Positions 1-6,218 of a DNA stretch of 10,951 bases are shown one piece after another. The translations under genes and the position numbers were made by a program. The DNA is from Pirellulales bacterium (lineage in GTDB: Bacteria > Planctomycetota > Planctomycetia > Pirellulales > JAICIG01). Within the stretch, counting starts at the first letter, position 1, and the number at the start of each line of letters is the position of its first letter. The notes beneath the pieces were generated by a model that was given only the letters and a program-made list of their open reading frames with translations, did no database searches and was not told where the DNA came from. Location: positions 1-10,951 of the forward strand of contig JBBDYJ010000044.1 in NCBI GenBank assembly GCA_040901675.1, given 5' to 3'.

Positions 1-1390
1 CCGGGTGCTCGGGCGGCAACTGCCGCAGCTTGTACTCCGGCTCGGGAAACATCCGTTCGATGACGTCCTTGAAGCCCTTGTCGAATCCCTTATTAAGATC
101 CTCGCCGCCGCAGCAGCTTTCGGCGAAGATGAAGCCGCCCCGGTTGACGTACTCCCGCAGGTGCCGCACTTCCTCGTCGCTGAATTGGGGCTGGAGGTTG
201 CCGCTGATGAACAGCACCGGCGCTTCGAGCAGGTCGTCCGGCTTGGCAACCTTCGAGTCGATCACCTGCCAAGTCAGCTCCCGCTCCCAGCGCGTTTCGA
301 TGTAGCTGGTCAGGTTGGCCAGGTCGCTGCGATGGTGGTTCCAGTCGCCGGCCGGGAGGTGCTTCAGCTTGGCGGCCAGCACGGGCCGCCGCCCCTTGGC
401 CAGGAACAGCAGCGACAGGGCGGTGGCCACGCGGGTATCGTCCTCGGCGAGCCCGGTGCCTTTCCAGAAGCCCGACAGCTCATCCTGGCTTTTCACCAAC
501 AGCGCGGCCCCCTCGCGATACCAATCGTGGCGGCCGATGAACCGCTGGTTGGTCAGCCGGCCCACCCGCTCGACCCCGTAAAGGTAGTACAAGAGCCACT
601 GATGATCGCCGGGGTTGCTATGGACGGTGAAGGCCCGCGCCATCCAGGCCTGCGCGCGGTCGATGGCCGTGTTGTCCTCTTGCTCGCCGCAGCAGACGAC
701 GCGTCCCTGCTCAAGGCGGGCGTCCCCTTCGTTCAGCTTATCTGCCGTAATGATCAGCGAGGCGATGCCGGCGCAGGTCATGCTGCCGGTGCCCGGGCTG
801 CCGGGTTTGTAGCCCCAGGAGCCGTCGTCGTTCTGCGTCCTCTGCCAGTAGTCGAGGGCCATCTGCCAGGTCTGGTTGTTCACCGGCACGCCGATCCGCT
901 GCGCTTCGTGCAGTGCCAGCAGGGCAAATTGAGTATTCGAGTTGTCGCCGCCGGCCTGCGGATACCCCCAGGCGCCCTTCAGGGGCCCGGCGCGGTTCTG
1001 TTGCTGCTCGAACCAGAGCACGTTGCGGCGGACCAGCGCCTGGCTGGTCTTCGGCTCGGCAGCGCAGAAGACCATGGTCTGGAGGGCGGCCGCGTAGGTC
1101 ATTTTCGGCTCGTGCCCACGCAGATAATTCAGCGCGGACTGCACCTGGGAATCTTCGGCGGGAACGCCGCAGTTGAGCAGCGCCAGCGTGCAAAGCGCGC
1201 TAATCCCGCCTGGGTGGCCGCCGCGCTCGGGCCACGAGCCATCGTCTCGCTGCTCGCGCCGGAGGTAGGTCACGCCGCGTTCGATCGACTGGCGGACCTC
1301 CTCGTGCCGGATGTCTGCCCGCGTCGATGCCGGCGCGGCAAGCCACGAGAGTACGATCAAGAACGGCAGCAGGCCGCGGCCTTGGCACAT
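1..1390 (-). CDS. Secreted prenyltransferase/squalene-oxidase-repeat (alpha/alpha barrel) + DUF4159 domain protein, 5' part; runs off the left edge
   Basis: Absent from the ORF track because it has no stop in the window. Manual translation from ATG 1390 (AGGA upstream) gives MCQGRGLLPFLIVLSWLAAPASTRA (signal-like) DIRHEEVRQSIERGVTYLRREQRDDGSW...GDNSNTQFALLALHEA...TQNDDGSWGY...SMTCAGIASL...YYLYGVERVGRL...DWYREGA...ALSLLFLAKGRRPVL...APVLFISG...LREYVNRGGFIFAESCC...MFPEPEYKLRQLPPEHP. It has QxxDGSW repeats followed by a DUF4159-type motif set; 463 open codons. Confidence 0.9.
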   Translation of the reverse strand, partial: MCQGRGLLPFLIVLSWLAAPASTRADIRHEEVRQSIERGVTYLRREQRDDGSWPERGGHPGGISALCTLALLNCGVPAEDSQVQSALNYLRGHEPKMTYAAALQTMVFCAAEPKTSQALVRRNVLWFEQQQNRAGPLKGAWGYPQAGGDNSNTQFALLALHEAQRIGVPVNNQTWQMALDYWQRTQNDDGSWGYKPGSPGTGSMTCAGIASLIITADKLNEGDARLEQGRVVCCGEQEDNTAIDRAQAWMARAFTVHSNPGDHQWLLYYLYGVERVGRLTNQRFIGRHDWYREGAALLVKSQDELSGFWKGTGLAEDDTRVATALSLLFLAKGRRPVLAAKLKHLPAGDWNHHRSDLANLTSYIETRWERELTWQVIDSKVAKPDDLLEAPVLFISGNLQPQFSDEEVRHLREYVNRGGFIFAESCCGGEDLNKGFDKGFKDVIERMFPEPEYKLRQLPPEHP

Positions 1391-1537
1391 GGTCGGCTTT
1401 CCTGGCGTTCAGCGGGCGTCTGATGTGCGGCGAGCCATCGATTCAGCTTAGCCGACCGGGTGCCCGCCCACCAGCTTTGCCGAGCCGGGCAGTCCAACGA
1501 GTTGCGGGCACTTGCCGCAAACCCGAGAATAAGCGGC

Positions 1538-1627
1538 ATGGAAGCACCTGAGCCAAGTAAGCCGCAGAAGCGGCGGTGGGGCTGGCGGCACTACAGCATC
1601 TCAGCGCTGCTGGTCGTGGTGACGCTC
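1538..1627 (+). pseudogene. 5' stump of a gene with a planctomycete-type N-terminal leader (KRRW..YS.SALLVVVTL)
   Basis: ATG 1538 gives MEAPEPSKPQKRRWGWRHYSISALLVVVTL, resembling the 'RRWxQFSLRxLLxxVT' N-termini common in Planctomycetes. Protein-like character ends at the stop codon of the convergent gene (1626-1628); the rest of the frame is antisense shadow. Confidence 0.5.
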
Positions 1628-2843
1628 ACTTCTCCGGCTCGTAGTGAAGCTCAAGCCCGTCCCTGTCCTCGTCTACGTAGATGCCGACGGAACGCGGGTC
1701 AAGCTCCTGGAAGCGGTTGCGCGCCGTGGCCAGCTTATAGCCGCCGATCGAGCAGATCAGGCTTAAACCCTCTTCGGGCACCCCGCGAAACTCGAAGCTG
1801 CCGTCAGGTCGCAGGATCGCGGTCTGGGAGTCCCAAGCGTCTTCGCGGTTGAGCATCAGCCGCGTGCCCTCTGGGACATCGCGGCCATCGGTCAGCAGCA
1901 CGCGCCCCGCCAGGCGGTACGATGGCCCCAGCGGCAGGGTCCCCAGGTTGGTCACGGAACCGTCTTGGCCCACCTCGATCCGCTGGATCGGCAACGCCCC
2001 CAGGTCGGCCGGACCTTCCATGTTCGTGTAGATAAAGTACGTTTGGCCGGCCGCAACGTTCTGGAACTCGAAGCTGCCATTCGCGTCGGTTCCGATCAGC
2101 TCGTGCCCCACAAAGCTCTCGGCGCCGCGGTCCGTTTGCACCAGTCCCACCGTCAGACCGGAAGCCGGGCGGCCGTCGCGCAGAAGCCTGCCCCGGACCG
2201 TGACGCCGGAAGCCAGCGTCAAGTCGTGCGGCTCACCCAGCGGAAGCAGCACGAACTTCTGTTTGGCGTGGCCGCGGGCGGCGACCTTAACGTCCAATCC
2301 TTCCGCGGGCTGGCCTGTGGTAATCAGGAACTGGCCGGCCAGGTTGGTAACGGAAACAGGGTCAACGCCCGGCATGGCGCCCCACCAGCGGCGCTCGGCG
2401 GTTTGGATGCCGAAGGGCTCGACGATCGCCCCCACGATCGGCTTGCCGTCCGGATCGAGCACGCGGCCCCGCAACTGCTGCCCCGCGGGCGCCACTGGGA
2501 GCGGCTCCATCACAATTTCCAGCGGAGCCTCGGCCGGATCGAGATGGTCCGTCAACTTCGGCCGGCACCCCTCGGCCACCATCAGCACGCGGAACAGCAG
2601 CTCCGGGTCGAGCGACTCGATGCGGAAATTGCCGGCGTCGTCCGTCTTGCTCTGCTTGACGCAGTCGGCGTAGCACGACGGGCAATACACGCTGGTGCCG
2701 AACTTCGGCCGGGCCGTGTAGATGAAGACCGTCGCTCCGGCGAGCGGCTCTCCGTCTTGCGATAGTACGCGGCCCGCCAGGTCCGGACCCGCAACCTCCG
2801 CCGCGGCGAGCAGGCAAACGGAAACGAGCAATGCGGCGTGCAT
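1626..2843 (-). CDS. Secreted carboxypeptidase regulatory-like (beta-sandwich) repeat protein, 405 aa
   Basis: GGAGG RBS upstream of the ATG; signal peptide MHAALLVSVCLLAAA. Four repeats start GRVLSQDGEPLAGATV, GRVLDPDGKPIVGAIV, GRLLRDGRPASGLTV and GRVLLTDGRDVPEG, with TDxxGxF-type motifs. Confidence 0.88.
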   Translation of the reverse strand: MHAALLVSVCLLAAAEVAGPDLAGRVLSQDGEPLAGATVFIYTARPKFGTSVYCPSCYADCVKQSKTDDAGNFRIESLDPELLFRVLMVAEGCRPKLTDHLDPAEAPLEIVMEPLPVAPAGQQLRGRVLDPDGKPIVGAIVEPFGIQTAERRWWGAMPGVDPVSVTNLAGQFLITTGQPAEGLDVKVAARGHAKQKFVLLPLGEPHDLTLASGVTVRGRLLRDGRPASGLTVGLVQTDRGAESFVGHELIGTDANGSFEFQNVAAGQTYFIYTNMEGPADLGALPIQRIEVGQDGSVTNLGTLPLGPSYRLAGRVLLTDGRDVPEGTRLMLNREDAWDSQTAILRPDGSFEFRGVPEEGLSLICSIGGYKLATARNRFQELDPRSVGIYVDEDRDGLELHYEPEK

Positions 2844-2915
2844 GGGAGACCTCCGGTTGAAGGTGCAAGGACTATCGCATGACAGGTTCGAGCTTCGGCG
2901 GTCGAATACAACTCC

Positions 2916-5426
2916 TCAGCGTTGCCCGGCCCGCTGCAGCTTCGGATCGAGGACGATTCGCACGTCCGTTTGGCCGGGCTGGATCCGGACGATGGCCGGG
3001 AAGCGGATCCGGCGATCGGTCGCGTCGTCCGGCAGACGGATATATGCCATCAACTGCAGCGGCGAGCTCGGCAATCTGGGGATCGTGAAGCGCCCGTCCG
3101 GGCCGGTCGGCTGCCGCGTAAAGCCCCCGGCGATCGAGCCGCCCCCCTGCTCGCTCGCCGAAACGGTCACCCCCGCGACCGGATTGCCGTCCGGATCGAC
3201 AACCACGCCCGAGACCGATGCGTCGAGGACCAGGAACTCAAATGGCGGCAGCTCCCGCTCTTCACCGGGCTCCAGCTTAATGTTCACGATTCCCCCCTTT
3301 GGCTGCTCGCGGCCGATGTTGGCCGACACGAACAGTTTCTGCCCGGCCTGGACCGGCTCGAGCCGGTAGCGACCGTGCTCGTCCGTGACCGCCCCTTCGC
3401 CGGTGGAAGCCAGGCCCGGGCCTCGGCCCGCGAGGTCCGCGCGTTCGACCATCAAGTAAACGCGCACGCCGGGGTACGGTTTGTCGCCGAGCAGCGCCTG
3501 TCCCGTAATGCTGGCGGCCTGCTCAAGCTTCACCTCGATCGAGACCTCGCGCGTGACTCCCGTTCCAGTGGCTTCTTCAGCTTCTTCCGCCGCGGCAACC
3601 TGGACTTTCCCCATCAGCTTCCGATCGGAGTGCGTGACGATCAATTCCGGCTGGGTTGCGGCCGGCAGGCCGCCCAGCGAGAAGCGGCCTTCCTGGTCGG
3701 TTGACGCTGTTTGCTGCCTCCTGCGATACGAAGGGTCGCGCCAGGTCACTCGAGCACCGCCGACGGGCAGCCCCTCGGGATCGAGAACCGTTCCTTCGAT
3801 CACCAGCCCACGGCCAAGCTCGAAGCGGAGGCCGTCCAGCGCCTGGCCCGGCACAACGTCCACAGTTTGACGATATCCGGCCCGCGGATCTTGGCGCTGC
3901 TGAACACGGTCGGGCACATCGTAGCCGTCGACCGGCCCCATAAGGTGAATGACTGCCTTGCCCGGCGGAACCGCCAGCCGGAACCTGCCGTCGGCATCGG
4001 TCGTGGCGGGCTGAGCCGCCAGCTCCGGCCGTGCCGCGTCGTCCGTAGTCCCTTCCGGCGGTCCCGCCTGATGGATGACCTGAACCTTCGGCACTCCGCG
4101 GCCCGTCTTCTTATCGACGACAATGCCGGTCACAATATCTCCCTGGGGGAGCGACAACTCGATCTCCTCGTGCATCTTGTCCGGCGAGAACCGGACATGC
4201 GTCGTGCGGCTTAAGTAGTCGCTGTCTTCGGGCGCTCGGGCCCAAACGTTGAACTCGTCTGCACGCATCCCATAAAAGGAGAAGCGGCCTTCTCCATCGG
4301 ACACGGCATGTTGGCCGTAGCTTTCCCATGACAAGACCACCTTGGCGGCGGAAAGCGGCTTGCCGGTGTCGGCCAAAACCACGTGCACCTGGAGCGTCGG
4401 GCCGGCGATGAGCACGACCGTGAAATCGCCCGTGTGGACCGGCCGAGCCCGCTCCCGTCGCTCCCCTTTGGAATAAGACACATCGATGAGATCTGGTTGC
4501 TGCGCCGGCGTTGTGGCGGAATAGAACCCTTCCCGGACGAACCGCTTGTCATCCGTGGATAGGGCGATTCTCTTACCGGGCGGCAGGCCGCGGAATGCGA
4601 ACCGGCCATTGGAGTCGGTGCGAACGGTGGGAGCGAGCTTTGAAAAGCCGAGGTCTAACCTGTCCGGCTCGGCGTTCGACTCGCGAGGCGGACTTCCCAA
4701 AGGAGCGATGCCCACAATTTGAACTTGCACGTTATCGGCCGGCCGCCCCATCTCGTCGACCAGCCGACCGCCGATCGTAGCTTCGGGAACAAGGACGACC
4801 TTCAACTCGGTTCGCTGCGTCGGCGCGGGCAGGTGCTGCCAACCGACGCCATAGCCATCGGCCATAACTACTACGTCCCATAAAGGTCCTCCCCAGTCGT
4901 TGCGGAACGGCGGGAACGCTACGCGTTCGAATCTGAACTCACCCTGCTCATTGGTTTTCGTCTCTGCCAGCACATCCTGCGGATGGCGCTCATAAGGATT
5001 CTCGCTGACGCGATAGGTCGCCGACTCCCTCAGGTACACCCGAGCGCCAGCCACGGGCGTTGCGTGTTGGTCGACGACCTTACCGGAAGCCGATATTGTC
5101 AGGGGCTGCTGAGGCGCTTCCTCTTCGGTTGCAGCAGACTTTTTCTCGCTCGGCTTTGGCGATTGCGAATCTAGCGCGTTTCCTTCCGCCGGCGCTGGTT
5201 TGGGCGTCTTGCCTTGCGCGCTGGCCTGCTGTGGCTCGGCCGAGACGCCAGGAAGCAGCACGACGGCCAGCAGCGCCACCAGCAGCGCGCCGGAAAGCGA
5301 CATTCGCGAGGTGCGCCGCAGCCCGCAGTCCATAACCCGGGCCATGCGCGCCGTGAGCGGGTGCATTCGCTGTGCCGGCCACCACAACTCACTACCCGCA
5401 CTGCAGATCTCGGCCAGGCGGTTCAT
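2916..5426 (-). CDS. BlaR1/M56-derived protein with ~7 carboxypeptidase regulatory-like repeats, lacking the M56 peptidase domain, 836 aa
   Basis: Lies directly downstream of the BlaI-family gene; GGAG RBS before ATG 5426; hydrophobic segment GALLVALLAVVLLPG. Seven GxVxDxxGxPxxGxxV/TDxxGRF repeats. No HExxH anywhere in the translation. Confidence 0.85.
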   Translation of the reverse strand: MNRLAEICSAGSELWWPAQRMHPLTARMARVMDCGLRRTSRMSLSGALLVALLAVVLLPGVSAEPQQASAQGKTPKPAPAEGNALDSQSPKPSEKKSAATEEEAPQQPLTISASGKVVDQHATPVAGARVYLRESATYRVSENPYERHPQDVLAETKTNEQGEFRFERVAFPPFRNDWGGPLWDVVVMADGYGVGWQHLPAPTQRTELKVVLVPEATIGGRLVDEMGRPADNVQVQIVGIAPLGSPPRESNAEPDRLDLGFSKLAPTVRTDSNGRFAFRGLPPGKRIALSTDDKRFVREGFYSATTPAQQPDLIDVSYSKGERRERARPVHTGDFTVVLIAGPTLQVHVVLADTGKPLSAAKVVLSWESYGQHAVSDGEGRFSFYGMRADEFNVWARAPEDSDYLSRTTHVRFSPDKMHEEIELSLPQGDIVTGIVVDKKTGRGVPKVQVIHQAGPPEGTTDDAARPELAAQPATTDADGRFRLAVPPGKAVIHLMGPVDGYDVPDRVQQRQDPRAGYRQTVDVVPGQALDGLRFELGRGLVIEGTVLDPEGLPVGGARVTWRDPSYRRRQQTASTDQEGRFSLGGLPAATQPELIVTHSDRKLMGKVQVAAAEEAEEATGTGVTREVSIEVKLEQAASITGQALLGDKPYPGVRVYLMVERADLAGRGPGLASTGEGAVTDEHGRYRLEPVQAGQKLFVSANIGREQPKGGIVNIKLEPGEERELPPFEFLVLDASVSGVVVDPDGNPVAGVTVSASEQGGGSIAGGFTRQPTGPDGRFTIPRLPSSPLQLMAYIRLPDDATDRRIRFPAIVRIQPGQTDVRIVLDPKLQRAGQR

Positions 5427-5489
5427 GGCTTTCTCCCAAGATGTGCTTTACGCATCCGCGGCGTTTTGGCCGAGAGGCGGTTTCCGCTA

Positions 5490-5960
5490 TCAGCCCCGCT
5501 TACTCTCAAGCTGCCTGAGCAACTGCTTCATTTCCTGGATATCCTCGGGCGAGACGCGGCCGATGTCGAGAAGCGAGGCGACCATGGCAACGCGGCTGCC
5601 GCCGAACAGCCGCTGGACCAGGCGGCCAAGAACTCGCCGATACGTCGGATCGGGTCGGCGCGTGGCGCGGTATACATGGGCCTTGCCGGTGGCGGCCTTG
5701 GCCCGCGCCACCAGATTCTTGGCCGCGAGCCGCTTGAGGAGCGTCAACACGGAGGCATGGCTCATCGGCCGGTAAGCAGCCAGCCGCTGCCGGATCTCGG
5801 CGGCCGTCAGATCGGCCTCCCGCCACAGGCAAGCCAATACCTCGAGCTCCGCATCGGGGAGCGACTGGGCAGCGGGGGCTCCGGCCGGCCGGGCGGACCG
5901 CGGCCGATTCAGTCCCACCGCGGGCTTGTTGTTTCCAGCTTGCCTGCCGCGCGTTGTCAC
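5490..5960 (-). CDS. BlaI/MecI/CopY family transcriptional repressor (Penicillinase_R)
   Basis: Winged-helix signature LPDAELEVLACLW...TAAEIRQRL...SHASVLTLLKRLAAKNLV...AHVYRA and dimerisation helix LVQRLFGGSRVAMVASLL...SPEDIQEMKQLL. GTG start with GGAG upstream; the exact start is uncertain. Confidence 0.95.
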   Translation of the reverse strand: MTTRGRQAGNNKPAVGLNRPRSARPAGAPAAQSLPDAELEVLACLWREADLTAAEIRQRLAAYRPMSHASVLTLLKRLAAKNLVARAKAATGKAHVYRATRRPDPTYRRVLGRLVQRLFGGSRVAMVASLLDIGRVSPEDIQEMKQLLRQLESKRG

Positions 5961-6009
5961 CAGAAGCTCTCCAACAAGAAAGTGCGCTCATGAAAAGACA
6001 ACGCCGATA

Positions 6010-6038
6010 AATTTAGACAACCGTCTCTTTTCTGTCAA
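6010..6038 (-). promoter_or_regulatory. Sigma70-type promoter of the blaI-like operon
   Basis: On the minus strand, perfect -35 TTGACA (6038-6033), 17-bp spacer and -10 TAAATT (6015-6010), in an AT-rich patch ~50 bp upstream of the GTG. Confidence 0.8.
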
Positions 6039-6061
6039 GCAAAAAAAGACACGCGTCTAAA
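6012..6061. promoter_or_regulatory. Paired palindromic operators AGAC-N4-GTCT (putative BlaI-family binding sites)
   Basis: AGACAACCGTCT at 6015-6026 lies in the -35/-10 spacer. AGACACGCGTCT at 6047-6058 lies just upstream of -35. They are 32 bp apart and mutually inverted as TTTAGAC-N4-GTCTYTT. A half site AGACAAC is at 5996-6002. Confidence 0.75.
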
Positions 6062-6126
6062 GGGAGGAGGTAACCATGCCCTAAGCCACCTAAGGGCGAC
6101 ACAACCGACGGCGACAACCTTGTTGT

Positions 6127-6218
6127 GCCCTTTCAGGGCGACTGTGCCTGGATGGGCAACGTTCCCAGGGCGGCGCTGCGCTCTGCCCTGGGCTGATGTG
6201 TCATTGCCCCTTCAGGGC
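6127..6218. repeat. REP-like composite palindromic element
   Basis: GCCCTTTCAGGGC (6127-6139), central hairpin CCCAGGGC...GCCCTGGG (6164-6192) and GCCCCTTCAGGGC (6206-6218). A related GCCCT..AGGGC arm pair is at 6078-6097. Confidence 0.7.

Noticed and set aside
300..1390. Squalene-hopene cyclase call
   Set aside because: Only QW-like repeats of a single barrel; no DxDD catalytic motif (DNSNT instead); has a signal peptide and DUF4159.
5..1423. 472-aa plus-strand ORF
   Set aside because: Antisense shadow of the minus-strand DUF4159 gene; no recognisable motifs.
1391..1520. Structured RNA or riboswitch upstream of the DUF4159 gene (GGTCGGCT/AGCCGACC, GTGCCCGC/GCGGGCAC)
   Set aside because: 8-bp GC-rich inverted repeats are expected by chance at this GC content; no recognisable riboswitch motif.
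2661..2684. Radical SAM motif
   Set aside because: Spacing is CxxCxxxC, not CxxxCxxC, and the protein is a secreted beta-sandwich repeat protein.
2916..5960. Beta-lactam resistance locus
   Set aside because: No penicillin-binding sensor domain recognised and no beta-lactamase gene in the window.
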